DNA of 64,000 nt from an uncultured Hormoscilla sp. (GTDB lineage Bacteria; Cyanobacteriota; Cyanobacteriia; Cyanobacteriales; Desertifilaceae), in NCBI GenBank assembly GCA_963921275.4, contig OZ001293.3:4032001-4096000 (forward strand). The letters run 5' to 3'. Made by a program: the position numbers and the translations under genes. The notes below the pieces were generated by a model that saw only the letters and a program-made list of their open reading frames with translations, did no database searches and was not told where the DNA came from. Below are positions 33,629-45,403 of the stretch, in pieces. Positions within the stretch are counted from its first letter, which is position 1, and every line of letters begins with the position of its first letter.

Positions 33629-34128
33629 GCCGCGTTCCTCATGCTCCTTATATTAAAGAATACATTTTTTCGGTGAAAGTTGTCCTTTCCGCCTTCTACA
33701 GCTAGTCAGTCATATACTCCTCTTGTTTACAATACCTGTGCTGACTGCCTTTTGCTACGGTTTACTGCTTCCCAACATAGAGCATCATTGGGTAGAAGCA
33801 CCTTGTTTTCCCGGGTTGGATCTGAGGGAAATATTTTGAATATTTTGGTAGCCTCTCTGGTCTAATTGCATTTTCTGGCTGAACCGAGATTTTCAATCTT
33901 CTTTTCCCAAGTCTTTTCCCTTCTTGATGTACGTTAACCCATTTTTTTCCTAAATGGGTGCTGATTTTTTAGTTAAGTTATGTTTCTTTTTCCCAAGGAA
34001 GTTTTTTCACTGTCTGTCAGCCTAGCTGCGATCGGCATGCCAACCACCGCCGCCTCCCTATAGGCTGGTTTTACCATAGATTCCCTCCCGATTATTGTCT
34101 GTTCTCTGTTGTCAATTGTCTCTTGTCC

Positions 34129-35935
34129 GTGTGATTCGTTTGGTGGTCCCCCACGGTGGGGGACCACCAGCAGGGTTCCATTAGCCCTGACAACTTATAG
34201 ATGATGTGGGTGCAAGCCCCACCCTCCAGGTGCAGGAGTGACAGCACCTTCCCGGCGGTAGCGATGGCATCAATCCGTAAAGCGGGAAGGAAAGGCGCAC
34301 GGCTGGCGCCGCGCAGCGCGATCTGGCTGGCAGCCTAAAACCGGTCATCGTCAAGCAAGTAGCCATGGTGAACGCAAGTGAAGGCTCACAAGTGTCGTTA
34401 GACATAACCAGTGAAATAAGGCTGATACACTGGCCCCAAAAGGGGAAGGATATAGGTCGCTGGCCAATGGGCAATGGACGCACCGACAACAAACCCGGCA
34501 TAAAGAGTCCACCTAAAGCTACAACCAATCGTCTATAGGAACGAAGTAACCCGGATATGTACTCTCTACCAAGGTCGATAGGTAGAGTAGCCACCAAAGG
34601 CGCAACATCTGCTTCCATCAGGCAGGTCATAACCGCAAACTCCAGAGATTACTAACGAAGTCCTGGTCAGCAAAATGCCTGGCCGTGCGACGGGTAACAC
34701 AGGATAATAAGGGCAAAAACACCGCCAGCGTTGATGGGGTCAAAACTATTAGCCCTAAAGAGCGCCTAGAGATGGTAAAGGAACTGCGGGTGTCTAACAC
34801 CAGCAAGCCAGCCCGAAGAGTATGGATACCGAAGCCTGGGAGGGCCGAAAAACGTCCACTTGGTATACCCGTTATGTACGATAGGGCCCTACAAGGTCTA
34901 GTCAAGCTAGCACTGGAGTCAGAATGGGAAGCCCATTTTGAGGCTAACTCATATGGATTCATGCCAGACAGGGGATGTCACGATACGATCGGAGCAATCT
35001 TTCTCAGCATCAGACAAAAACCCAAATGGGTACTAGATGCTGACATAGCCAAATGCTTTGACAAAATTGACCATCAAGCGCTACTAGCAAAATTAAATAC
35101 CTCACCTACCTTCCGTAGACAGATACGCGCATGGTTGAAAGCCGGTGTGGTAGATGTAGGACAAATACAACAGACACCCGAAGGAACCCCTCAAGGTGGA
35201 GTCATATCGCCCCTGTTGGCAAACGTGGCCCTACATGGAATTGAGGAGGCAGTAATGTCACTGGCAGGAAACAACAGAGACAGAAGGAGAGAACTGACAG
35301 TAGTCAGATACGCCTCCGACCTTGTAGTCCTGCACAAAGACAAAGGAATGATAGAAAAAGCGCAAGAGGTCATCGCGCGATGGCTAAGGGGAATAGGACT
35401 TGAATTAAAAACGGAGAAAACTCAACCCATACACTCCACGAGGACAACCCGGGATTCGATTTCCTGGGATTCAACGTAAGGCAGTATGAGATAGGCAAAT
35501 ATCACTCTGGAAAATATGCAAATGGGAAACTCCTAGGATTCAAAACTCTGATAAAGCCAAGCGAAAAAGCCATAGCAGAACACATGGAAAAGCTAAAAGG
35601 GATAGTGTCCAAACACAAGGCGGCCCCGCAAGCCGCATTAATCAATCACCTTAACCCGGTAATACGGGGATGGGCGAATTACTACCGGACGGTGGTAAGC
35701 AAGGAAACCTTCTCTTATTTAGACCACTACTTGTGGGAACTGCTATGGAAATGGGCCAAACGAAGACATCCCAACAAAACAGGAAAATGGATAGCCAAGA
35801 AATACTGGTCAAAAAATCAGGATGAACAATGGCGATTCCGAAGCAAAGAGGGTGAAAAGGAAAACGTGCTACTAAAACACAGCTCTGTGGAAATAGTCAG
35901 GCACATAAAGGTGAAGGAAACAGTAAGCCCCTACG
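34129..35935 (+). mobile_element. 3'-truncated group II intron with defective RT/maturase
   Basis: 5' GTGTGATTCGTT; RT motifs RPLGIP, DIAKCFD, GTPQGG, YASD (for YADD), FDFLGF after a frameshift at ~35430, GWANYY; DV/DVI absent. Confidence 0.88.
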
Positions 35936-36272
35936 CCCTTTGGGTTTGTTCCAGGGATTGCTTGAGCGTGCTCTGACTGAGTAGAGGAAAGATCTGATGA
36001 GTATATCCATGCAGACCAATCCAATGACTCCGCTGATATACCTGTCTAGCAATAGCAGGCGCTTGCTCCACACAGACGCCTAACCAAAAGAAACTGGCCT
36101 GAATGTCGTAGCTTTCTAGCACTTGTAGCAGTTCCGGGGTGTAATGTCGATGGGGACCATCATCAAAAGTTAGGGTGATCGCCGGTGTATTGCTAGGGCC
36201 AGACCAGAGCCACCTGTTAAAGGCTGGCTGAAGAAGACGATACAAAACGGGATATATTGGTTCGATCGGCAT
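35931..36272 (-). pseudogene. Polysaccharide deacetylase (NodB-like), 3'-truncated
   Basis: LTFDDGP, ASFFWLG, IGLHGYTH; ends at the junction with the intron ORF. Confidence 0.85.
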
Positions 36273-36276
36273 CGCT

Positions 36277-36684
36277 CTAACTGTGACAAACTGCAGCATG
36301 CAAACAGCTCTGTCTGGCCCAAGCCGACTGCACCAGAGAGCATAACACATCACCCTCGATCGGCTTGACCAAATACCCATCTACGCCGGGATTCTCCTCT
36401 TGGTGCAACCAACTTGGTGCGTGAAAGTCGCTCAGAGCTACAATCGTGGTGCCGCAAATTCTGGCCATCTGCCGCAGCTGCTTGACTAAATTGGGCGACC
36501 AGTCTTGCAGATCGCCTGAGAGGATTACTAGATATGGCAGGGTTTGACTTGCTTGCGCTACTGCTTGATCTGCGCAAGAAGCCACCGCTACTGAACATCT
36601 TAATCTACTCAGTAAGGACTCTAGGGCTTGAATATCTTCCGATTGCTTACCTAAAACCAAAATGTAATCATTTAACATGTTCAT
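36277..36684 (-). CDS. Receiver-like (pseudo-receiver) domain protein
   Basis: IVALSD, DGYLVKP; phospho-Asp apparently replaced (VILSG). Confidence 0.7.
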   Translation of the reverse strand: MNMLNDYILVLGKQSEDIQALESLLSRLRCSVAVASCADQAVAQASQTLPYLVILSGDLQDWSPNLVKQLRQMARICGTTIVALSDFHAPSWLHQEENPGVDGYLVKPIEGDVLCSLVQSAWARQSCLHAAVCHS

Positions 36685-37028
36685 ACTCCACCTGGCACAC
36701 GCTACGCTATTGGTTAGTCTAGGAAACTGCAAAAAAGCTGAATTTTGGCTCCATCACGCAGCACAAAATTCTCTTATCCTTATCCTTTCATACAGAGAAG
36801 CTTTTCGGAAATAATTTCCATTTTTCTTAGGATTTCAGCCAGCAACGCCAATTATCTGTACTGACAGTACCAGTAGCTTTGAGGGTGGGTATTCCCTCAG
36901 ACATTAGTGAGAGTATGTAATCGGAGTATTTATTGAGTTTTATATATTATTTCTCAATATTTCTTAAAGAAATGCTAACAAGCTGTAAAATATTGTGAGA
37001 GTTTTACTTCTGTTAGTTTGATACTGCC

Positions 37029-37934
37029 TCAGTCTCGATCCTGACAGGGGTCTAGACGTTCTGCCATCCTGAGTTTGGCGGAACGCGATCGCTGATTGGC
37101 TGCTAGTTCCTCGCTTTGGGCGGTGATGGGCTTTTTAGTCAGAACCCGCAACAGTGGCGATTCTCGGAAGCTATGCTTTACCAGTCTGTCTTCCAGACTG
37201 TGAAAACTAATGATGGCAATTTTGCCCCCAGGCTTTAACCAATGTGGGGAAATCTTAAGAAACTCTAATAATGATTCCAGTTCTTGATTGACGGCGATCC
37301 GCAAGGCTTGAAATACTCGGGTGGCGGGGTGAATTCGGCCATAGCGGTATTTGCGGGGCACAGATTGGGCGATCACAGTAGCCAATTCGTCAGTTGTCTG
37401 GAAGGGACGCCTCTGGACAATAGATCTGGCAATTCGCCGCGATAACCTTTCTTCTCCATACTGGTAGAAAATATCTGCTAGCTTGACTTCTTCCCAATGA
37501 TTGACGATCTCTGCTGCGGTGAGAGTCTGTCGCCGATTCATCCGCATGTCTATTTCGGCTGGGTGACGAAAGCTAAAGCCTCTTTCTGCTATGTCTAACT
37601 GGGCCGAACTGACTCCTAAATCGGCAACGATCCCATCAAGGAAAAGATGCTGTGGGCGATATTCAGAAAAGTTGATATGGCATAATTGCAGCCGTGAGCC
37701 CTCAGAGGCCAGTAGGGACCGGACATGGGCGATCGCCTCCCCATCCCGGTCCAGAGCGGTGACGCGCAGATCGGAACTGGCATTCAAGAGCAGCTGGGTA
37801 TGTCCGCCTGCGCCAACCGTGGCATCCAGATAATGTCCTGCCGGACGTACCTCTAACCCGGCTATTAACTCGCGACTCAATACCGGTATATGTGCAAACG
37901 CCGGTGTATATCTTGACGGTATGAGGTCAACCAT
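37029..37934 (-). CDS. rsmH: 16S rRNA m4C1402 methyltransferase
   Basis: [42 protein letters not shown]. Confidence 0.97.
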   Translation of the reverse strand: MVDLIPSRYTPAFAHIPVLSRELIAGLEVRPAGHYLDATVGAGGHTQLLLNASSDLRVTALDRDGEAIAHVRSLLASEGSRLQLCHINFSEYRPQHLFLDGIVADLGVSSAQLDIAERGFSFRHPAEIDMRMNRRQTLTAAEIVNHWEEVKLADIFYQYGEERLSRRIARSIVQRRPFQTTDELATVIAQSVPRKYRYGRIHPATRVFQALRIAVNQELESLLEFLKISPHWLKPGGKIAIISFHSLEDRLVKHSFRESPLLRVLTKKPITAQSEELAANQRSRSAKLRMAERLDPCQDRD

Positions 37935-37990
37935 AGCCCATATAATTGAAAAGATGTAATAAAGATAAAAATACAAGAGACCTCAAGCAT

Positions 37991-39175
37991 ATGACCAGGA
38001 TTGAGACCAAGACCGAACCAATGGTCATCAACATGGGGCCGCACCATCCCTCAATGCATGGGGTACTGCGGTTAATCGTCACTCTCGACGGCGAGGACGT
38101 GATTGATTGCGAACCCGTGTTGGGCTACTTGCATAGGGGGATGGAAAAAATTGCCGAAAACCGTACCAATATCATGTTCGTCCCCTACGTTAGCCGCTGG
38201 GACTACGCGGCGGGGATGTTCAATGAGGCAATTACTGTCAACGCCCCGGAACAACTGGCAGATATTGAGGTGCCCAAACGCGCTAGCTATATCCGCGTCA
38301 TCATGCTGGAGTTGAACCGGATCGCTAATCACTTGCTGTGGTTGGGGCCATTTTTGGCAGATGTAGGTGCCCAGACTCCCTTCTTCTATATCTTTCGGGA
38401 ACGGGAGATGATTTACGATCTGTGGGAAGCGGCTAGTGGGATGCGGTTGATTAATAACAACTATTTCCGTATCGGTGGCGTGGCGGTGGATTTACCCTAT
38501 GGTTGGGTAGATAAATGCGAGGATTTCTGCGATTACTTTTACCCCAAGGTGGACGAGTATGAGAGGTTGATTACCAATAACCCGATCTTCCGGCGTCGGG
38601 TCGAGGGTATTGGCACAATTTCTCGCGAAGATGCGATTAACTGGGGTCTCTCCGGTCCTATCCTGCGGGCGTCCGGCGTTAAGTGGGACTTGCGGAAGGT
38701 TGACCATTATGAATGCTATGACGACTTTGACTGGGATGTACATTGGGAAACTGCTGGTGATTGTATGGCCCGCTATCTGGTGCGGATTCGGGAAATGCGG
38801 GAATCAGTTAAGATTCTTCGTCAGGCCCTGAAAGGTCTTCCCGGCGGTCCGTTTGAGAACCTGGAAGCTAAACGGATGGCAGAAGGTCGAAAGTCTGAGT
38901 GGAATGGCTTTGATTACCAGTGCATGGGAAAGAAAATATCCCCCACTTTCAAGATTCCCAAGGGAGAACATTATGTTCGTCTGGAAAGTGGCAAGGGAGA
39001 ACTGGGTGTCTTCATTATGGGAGATGATAATATGTTCCCTTGGCGCTTTAAGATTCGTGCGGCTGATTTTAATAATTTGCAGGTTTTTCCCCATATACTG
39101 CGGGGGATGAAGGTTGCTGATATTGTCGCTATTTTGGGCAGTATCGATATTATTATGGGTTCGGTCGATCGGTAG
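37991..39175 (+). CDS. ndhH: NDH-1 subunit H
   Basis: [24 protein letters not shown], terminal GSVDR. Confidence 0.98.
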   Translation: MTRIETKTEPMVINMGPHHPSMHGVLRLIVTLDGEDVIDCEPVLGYLHRGMEKIAENRTNIMFVPYVSRWDYAAGMFNEAITVNAPEQLADIEVPKRASYIRVIMLELNRIANHLLWLGPFLADVGAQTPFFYIFREREMIYDLWEAASGMRLINNNYFRIGGVAVDLPYGWVDKCEDFCDYFYPKVDEYERLITNNPIFRRRVEGIGTISREDAINWGLSGPILRASGVKWDLRKVDHYECYDDFDWDVHWETAGDCMARYLVRIREMRESVKILRQALKGLPGGPFENLEAKRMAEGRKSEWNGFDYQCMGKKISPTFKIPKGEHYVRLESGKGELGVFIMGDDNMFPWRFKIRAADFNNLQVFPHILRGMKVADIVAILGSIDIIMGSVDR

Positions 39176-39561
39176 GTTGATTCGCTGTCTTCTGGGTAGT
39201 GCGAGTACGATGTCGAGTGGGAGCGCTCAGCCGCGTCGCACTACCCACTCGACATAGAGCGACCAGGAGATAGCGAAGCCAGTAGCCCAGAAACCTGGTT
39301 TTTTCAAAAAAACTGGGTTTCTTAATTTAAGTTTAATTTCACTCTTAAGCAATTCAAAATTCTCTCATTCAAAATTCTTGCATGTTGACATATATCAAGA
39401 GCTGGCACCTGTTGCTAATTTTATCATTGTCAGTGAACTAAATTCCGAGACTGACTCAATCGAGTCGAGCGGTTTTAAGTTTTACAACGCAAACTTGATC
39501 GAAGAACTTCAAGCCAACTTTGAAGAACTATAACTCATAAAATTTGGCGATAATTTGTCTC

Positions 39562-39756
39562 TATAGTAAGTCGTGCAGGAGTTATGTAACTGAGGTGGGG
39601 TTTAAATTATTATCAGGCGGTGAGATTGCTTCGGGATATCTTTATGGGGATCATTAAAATGTTGGTTGGGATCGCTCCTCGTAATGACAAATTATAGTTA
39701 TTGAAATATTAGTACCCACTCCCATAAATTTGCACAAATGATTTAGGCTTGCTATA
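39562..39756. mobile_element. Degenerate TATAG-terminated MITE
   Basis: TATAGTAAGTC... / ...TTTAGGCTTGCTATA termini. Confidence 0.5.
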
Positions 39757-39922
39757 TACCGAGTAAAAGCATGAGGATTGCATCAAAATAATGTCTGACT
39801 CGCAAAAATCCCAGAAACCAGGTTTTTTGTCAAAACCTGGTTTCTTAATTTACAGCATTTTTCATGAGAGTACAGAATTGAATATAGATATGGGAAAAAC
39901 TCGGTAGATAGCATATGTCTTC

Positions 39923-40669
39923 TTAATACTCTCCCATCTCTTTTCCTTCCAAAAATGCTCGTTTGGCGTACTTGCGCATATTCGACTCGGTTATTTTTGC
40001 AAAACAGACCAGTTCGTGGCCTTTGTAATATTCGGGATTGCGTTCTAAAAAATACTTGATATCTGGTTTCTCGCGAAAATTGTCTTTGATTTCAGCCCAT
40101 TGCTCTCGCAAATGTCCTCGGGAAGTGGGGAATTTAACCAGGCCGTTGTTGGGGCTATAATGTTCTCCAAATTTCTCCCCTGCCAGATAATCCATCAAGG
40201 CTTGGTCTTCAGACGGCATAGGATAGCGCCAAGTGGGATAAAATTTTTCTCCAAACACCGGCAAATAGCGATAAGTGCGGTATCCCTTGACAATTAAAAA
40301 CCAATAAAGGGGCACGTCCGGTTTTTGGGCTTTTACTCGACCAGCCAAGCGACACCAGGCCATCGGTAGGGTTTGTTCTCCCCAATAATCATTATGGATA
40401 ATCGTATCTCCAGAAAATAGGGCTCGTCTCGGCTGTCCGTTAAATTCAAATTCCAGAAGAGCCAAGGTAGAAAAGCCTTTCAATCGATGTTGGTCATCCC
40501 ATAATAAAATGACAAAATCTTTGTTTTTTAGGTCGCCAGAAAATATCTCCCAGCTCGTCCCATCGTAATACTGGAAATATAAATAATACATTGAGCGGCT
40601 TATGGGACCTGGTACTACTGGCTCTTTGGGATCTTTTTTTAAAGCAGTTTCAGCGGTTAAGCGACTCAT
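39923..40669 (-). CDS. Hypothetical GNAT-like protein (last gene of the cluster)
   Basis: LKGFST, FSGDTIIHNDYWG, YWFLIVKGYRTYRYL, FLERNP, GHELVC; downstream of the GH3 gene. Confidence 0.7.
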   Translation of the reverse strand: MSRLTAETALKKDPKEPVVPGPISRSMYYLYFQYYDGTSWEIFSGDLKNKDFVILLWDDQHRLKGFSTLALLEFEFNGQPRRALFSGDTIIHNDYWGEQTLPMAWCRLAGRVKAQKPDVPLYWFLIVKGYRTYRYLPVFGEKFYPTWRYPMPSEDQALMDYLAGEKFGEHYSPNNGLVKFPTSRGHLREQWAEIKDNFREKPDIKYFLERNPEYYKGHELVCFAKITESNMRKYAKRAFLEGKEMGEY

Positions 40670-40732
40670 TAGACAACCTCCAAGTAACTGTGGCGTATAA
40701 CTGTTAGATCGCATCCGGATAATCTTAATATG

Positions 40733-41150
40733 GTAGGTTGGGTTGAGCTAAGCGCGAAACCCAACATGTGCATCTCATTTTTGCTTCGCTGTCTCCTGGG
40801 TAGTGCGACGCGGCTGAGCGCAAGGCGTGGATACATCGAGCGACCAGGAGACAGCGAAGGCCATCGGAACCAGTAACCCAGAAACCAGGTTTCGCAGGAG
40901 TTCCCTGGTTTCTTAATTCAGTTTTTTAATTCCAAAGTGAGATGCTCCCCCAACAGCCCCAACAGGCGTTGGTGCTGTTGGGTTTCGTGCCTGATGCTGT
41001 TGGCGAAATCAGTTTAATTCTCTGAAACCCCTTTTCTACGGTAGACAGCATCAACGATAAATTTGGCTTTCTCCCAATTCGCCAACAGCATCCGTGCCTC
41101 AACCCAACCTACAGCTGCGTTCATTTTATTATGGGCATTCAACTGGATTT
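40733..41150. repeat. Nest of REP elements and MITEs
   Basis: GTAGGTTGGGTTGAG-type REP, ISKra4-like ends (TGCATCTCA / TGAGATGCTCCC), nested-palindrome repeat and GAAACC REP. Confidence 0.7.
40993..41092. mobile_element. 100-bp MITE inserted in a REP
   Basis: Perfect 15-bp TIR GATGCTGTTGGCGAA and 7-bp TSD CGTGCCT; the empty REP is seen at ~55720-55748. Confidence 0.9.
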
Positions 41151-41236
41151 CTAGGGGCAAAACCAGAAGCGATCGCCCTCCCACTGACAAGTTTCACGAT
41201 TTATTTAAGACTGCTATTATTCTCAAAATCTAACGC

Positions 41237-42751
41237 TCAAAATTCCGCAAGCAGTTCCGGCGCTATGGGCGTCGTGGCTAAGACATCGTTTTTGATATCG
41301 CCCCACTTGCTTCCAGACCTTGTCTTATATAGTGTAACAATTTCGAGAATTTTTGGCGAGACCAGCACTCGGGCCGTCCCAAGCTGACCGAGAAGCCGCG
41401 CCTGACGGTAGTGGGGCGATCGCATGAGGGCAGCGTCTAGGCGCGACCCAATTTCCTCTGCTGGATCCTCAGCCTTGTCCAGCAAGAGGATGTAATGCTC
41501 GGTAGGTATAATTGCGGGTGCTAGGCTCTTAAAAAAAGTTTTTTCCAATCCTAGATTATCTAAAACTTCCTGCACAAAGTCCTCAGACAGCTTTTCGCCT
41601 ACCAAATCGCTAGTTTTGCCACCGCGCCCGAGGAATTCTAGGCAGGGTGTTTGGCCATAGAAATGGCTGACGCAGACGCGATCGCCCATTCGGTAGCGGT
41701 ATAGACCCCCTTTTTGGGAAATAATTAGCGAGTAAACCCCACCCTTCTCTATTTCCTCCAGGGGATAAATCTTTCCTTCGGAGTCTTCAAATTCAAAAAA
41801 GACTTCATCGAGTAAGGGCACAAATCCAGAAGCCTCGATTAAAGGAAGGGTCATCGGCGCCTCGGTTGCCAGCAGTCCTTTCCCCTGAACCATCGTGCCC
41901 GGGAAGAGCGATCGCCAAAATTGCGCTTTGTTCGCCGCGCGGGCGCTATCCCAGCAAGAAATTAGCTTCAGTTCCGGCCAGAGCTGACTCCAGGGAATCT
42001 CTTCTTCCAAAAGCAGGCGGGAGCGATCGCCGGATATTCCCTTTCCCAGTTTCTCCCGCAAGCGCATCCGATGGGTCTGAATATAATCTAGATGAACCTT
42101 GAGGAAACTGGGACTCCAGATGGAGATTATCTCCAGCTTATCTTCGATGAGCAGAGCGGTACAAAGTTTTTCCTTAAACTCCTCCGGGTCTTGAAGGCGA
42201 TTTAATCCGGGGGGCGAAACTACAAAGGGTGAGACAAGCGATCGCAACCACCCGTCTAAATACTCCGAATCGTCTGCCAATCCTCTTGGGGCCTCCCCCT
42301 TACCGAGCTGGGGAGAGATACAGAAATATACTTTACCCGTGCGGAACTGCGGGCTATGCAAAATTAGGTCCCGTGCCCAGACGCAGAACAAATGGTTAAA
42401 AGAGCGTCTGAGAGATTTTGTATAAGGAATCAACTTTGCTGGCCCGCGACTGCCAGAGGTTTTCTCATAAAATAAAATCGGTTCCGGCGTTAGCAGGCTT
42501 TTTCTGGAATAAGGGCGATCGGCCTCTGGAATAATCCACCCTTCGATATCATCGTAATTCACAATGGGAATGCGATGCCAATCAGCAACAGATTCGATCC
42601 CGAGGTGTTTGCCATATTCGCTCTCGATCAGACGGTTGAGGATTTCGGCTCTAACTATAGCCTGCGCTTCTTGGGGATTGGCCAGCGCCTTGCGAAACTT
42701 TTGAGCGTGAGGCTCAAACAGCCAGGTGAAGAGTTGAAATATCGGGCGCAT
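41237..42751 (-). CDS. GH3-family acyl-adenylate-forming (amido) ligase
   Basis: EKTSGSRGPAKLIPYT, GLLATEA, FFEF, GGLYRYRMGD, EFLGR, LVGEKL. Confidence 0.9.
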   Translation of the reverse strand: MRPIFQLFTWLFEPHAQKFRKALANPQEAQAIVRAEILNRLIESEYGKHLGIESVADWHRIPIVNYDDIEGWIIPEADRPYSRKSLLTPEPILFYEKTSGSRGPAKLIPYTKSLRRSFNHLFCVWARDLILHSPQFRTGKVYFCISPQLGKGEAPRGLADDSEYLDGWLRSLVSPFVVSPPGLNRLQDPEEFKEKLCTALLIEDKLEIISIWSPSFLKVHLDYIQTHRMRLREKLGKGISGDRSRLLLEEEIPWSQLWPELKLISCWDSARAANKAQFWRSLFPGTMVQGKGLLATEAPMTLPLIEASGFVPLLDEVFFEFEDSEGKIYPLEEIEKGGVYSLIISQKGGLYRYRMGDRVCVSHFYGQTPCLEFLGRGGKTSDLVGEKLSEDFVQEVLDNLGLEKTFFKSLAPAIIPTEHYILLLDKAEDPAEEIGSRLDAALMRSPHYRQARLLGQLGTARVLVSPKILEIVTLYKTRSGSKWGDIKNDVLATTPIAPELLAEF

Positions 42752-42784
42752 GGTTGGGTAAAAGGGGATTTTAGGGACAAATTG

Positions 42785-43405
42785 TCAGTCAACATTTTCC
42801 GACATTTTTTTATTGGGAAGCAAATCCGTGGTGACCGGAACGAAGGCGCCATCTTCTATTACGACTCCCGGACCCATGCGCGAAGCAGAACCTAGGAAAA
42901 CATTGTTGCCAATTTTGACTTTTTTCACATAGAGCATCAGGTCTCCTTTCTTGGGTTTGATGACGTGGGAATACATCCCGACCTGGTGCCCGATAATAGC
43001 CCGATCGCCTATTTCAATTAAACCGCGATCGGCGATCGCCAGTCCTAGATTCCAATACACGTTCTGTCCCACCTGGGCCCCCCAAAGTCTCAGCCACGCC
43101 GAGAAAGCGCCGGGAATCAAGCGCAGCAGGGTTTCCAGAGCCGGAAAGGCAATATACACCGCCTGAATCTGGTGACTGCCCCACCAAGGAGAATATTTTT
43201 CTCCCAGCAGATAGCTAATGCCTTCTTCTATGGGATAGAAATATCTGTGGATCCGATAGATCAGGAGCGGCAGTCCATAAAGAGAAAAAATGAGCGCCCC
43301 GACGCTAGCAAATCCTGGAGCTATACAAATCCAGAGGAACGACGCTGCCGCCATTAGCATCACAAAGGCGGGAAAAAAGGACAATAAGGTGCTTAGAGGA
43401 GTCAT
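42785..43405 (-). CDS. Membrane-bound hexapeptide-repeat (LbH) acyltransferase
   Basis: N-terminal TMs, WLRLWGAQVGQNV, VKIGNNVFLG; the 43423 start lies within an ATTCAAA heptamer repeat. Confidence 0.82.
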   Translation of the reverse strand: MTPLSTLLSFFPAFVMLMAAASFLWICIAPGFASVGALIFSLYGLPLLIYRIHRYFYPIEEGISYLLGEKYSPWWGSHQIQAVYIAFPALETLLRLIPGAFSAWLRLWGAQVGQNVYWNLGLAIADRGLIEIGDRAIIGHQVGMYSHVIKPKKGDLMLYVKKVKIGNNVFLGSASRMGPGVVIEDGAFVPVTTDLLPNKKMSENVD

Positions 43406-43602
43406 AAGCAATTCAAAATTCAAAATTCAAAATTCTTGCATTTGCAAATACTTGGAGAACAACGATCGAGCGCAATACCTCGTTCGGGGGGCGGACTGGT
43501 TGGGGCCAGAAACCGGGTTATTGGTGGGAAATATTGGTTGGGGTGCCTACATTCTGGCAGAAACCCGGTTTCTCGTTCGCTGTCGCTATAAATTGTCCCC
43601 AA

Positions 43603-44328
43603 TTAAAAAGGCCAGACTAATTTTTGCATGAGAGTGAGATTGGTTTCAATTCCGAGAGCTTCTGGGGCGCGATCGCTTGGGTAATAAGTTCCGTGCAGGC
43701 GGTCCCAGAGTTTGAGATTTGCCCCGTAATTCTGGCGATTAATCTCGGTTTTGGCGTGATGCCATGCATGGTCTTGGGGCAAAATCAGCACTAGCGATAG
43801 CAGCCCATGCAGCCAAGGGATTTCCAAGTCAATCTCGCTATGACGCCACAAGTCCAACGCTGAAGTGAGGCTGACTCCCGCAATATACCAAGTCGGGTCT
43901 TGGAGCAGGTAGATAAATAAAGCGTGAATCCACAAATAAATAATTAAAAAGCTCGTCCACAAACTATTGCGGGATGTTCCCAGCACGTCTCTGTCGGTCA
44001 TGGTATGATGTACCTGATGCAAAGGCCAGAGCCAGGGACTGTGCAGCAGGCGATGGTTCCAATAATAAAGATAATCGACTAACACAAAACTAAGCAAGAA
44101 TGCTATGGCCGGATGCCAGTCCCAGCATCCCCGCGCTGCGGGTAGCAGATAGCGATAGATTTGATAAACTACGGTTATCTGCAGGATGGGGATGAGAATG
44201 CCTTGGAAAAATAAACCGATGGCATCCAGAAGCCAGTCGCCACGACTTTTGGCTAGCATGGTTGCTAAACGGCGATCGTTTTTGGCTGTCAGGGCTATGA
44301 GCATTGCAAAGGCGATAAAAACTTCCAT
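43603..44328 (-). CDS. Sterol desaturase/fatty-acid hydroxylase family protein
   Basis: His boxes YWNHRLLH, HQVHH, HAWHH; NYG..WDRLHGT. Confidence 0.92.
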   Translation of the reverse strand: MEVFIAFAMLIALTAKNDRRLATMLAKSRGDWLLDAIGLFFQGILIPILQITVVYQIYRYLLPAARGCWDWHPAIAFLLSFVLVDYLYYWNHRLLHSPWLWPLHQVHHTMTDRDVLGTSRNSLWTSFLIIYLWIHALFIYLLQDPTWYIAGVSLTSALDLWRHSEIDLEIPWLHGLLSLVLILPQDHAWHHAKTEINRQNYGANLKLWDRLHGTYYPSDRAPEALGIETNLTLMQKLVWPF

Positions 44329-44366
44329 AATCCTAAGCGATCGCTCTCCTGTCGCTGCTGCTACGG

Positions 44367-45403
44367 TTAAACCCAGAATGTAATCTCGCGGGAGATTTCC
44401 GGTAGCTTGCGGGGGTCTTTTCCCGCTGCAATGCTATCGCGGATCGATTCTACGAAAACATGGATGGTGTCGGCGGGGGTGTTGGCAAACTTGGTGCCGT
44501 ATTTTTCGATAACCTCCTGCTGAATTCCCATAATTTCTACATCTTGGTTGATAATATACTGAGCCGTCCAACGGATAAAAGGCCGAGCCAGCTTATTCCA
44601 AATTCCGTAGTCGTAGGTGACGTCGGTATAAACTAAGGTCGAATCTTCTGCTTCGGGAATCGATTGGCTAGTAATAAAAAGTCGCCTGTTCTTTCCCAAG
44701 TTGTATTCTACGCTGGTAATGTTGGGCGCGTGAAAGCTATCGGTATGTTTGATTTCGCCACCCCCCGGGTTCAGGAATTTGCTATACCAACCCAGATTAT
44801 TGGTTTCCTTGCGGTACTCGACCAAGACCGAGCCCTTGCGTCGCGATACCGTCATTTCTAGTTTCTGCTGGCGGGGATTTCTAAATACGCCGGGGTGAAC
44901 CGAGGCCGTATGGGGAATATCGATAAAGTTCTCGGCACAGTTGGTGACGTTATTGCGAAAGCGATTAATCACCCGCACGGTTTCCCACCCTGGCTTACCA
45001 TAGTAGGGCATGGCAAAAGGCTCGATTTCTTCGGCGGGCTCCGTACCGGAAAAATCGGATGCTAGCCTCACATAAACATATCCATCCTGCTCTCGGGTAT
45101 CGTATCCCTTGGTTCGCCGCGATGCTAGGGTTTTGAAGTTCTCTCCTTCGGCGGGCACGGCGACAACTTCACCCCTTGGTCGTAGGTCCAGCCGTGGTAG
45201 GGACATTGGATTTTGCCCTTGCTCACTTTTCCCCGAGAGAGACGGCTATTTCTATGCATGCAGCGATCGCGCAGAGCCACTGGTTGGCCATCTTCTCCTC
45301 GAAACACTGCCAGCCATTCCCCCAGCACCGTGCGAGCCAGCACCCTATTGGGTCCCAGTTGCTCGCTCAGGGCGACTATGTACCAGAAATCCTCGAATTT
45401 CAT
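44367..45403 (-). pseudogene. Rieske non-heme iron oxygenase alpha subunit, frameshifted at ~45175
   Basis: DRCMHR...CPYHGW in 45125-45403; ENFIDIPHTASVH in 44367-45206; the junction is a G-run one base short. Confidence 0.85.

Noticed and set aside
34181..34630. 149-aa minus-strand ORF
   Set aside because: Antisense to structured intron RNA.
34685..35976. Retron, DGR or defence RT
   Set aside because: It has group II intron RT and maturase motifs and lies within intron RNA; no TR/VR pair or msr-msd seen; catalytic motif mutated.
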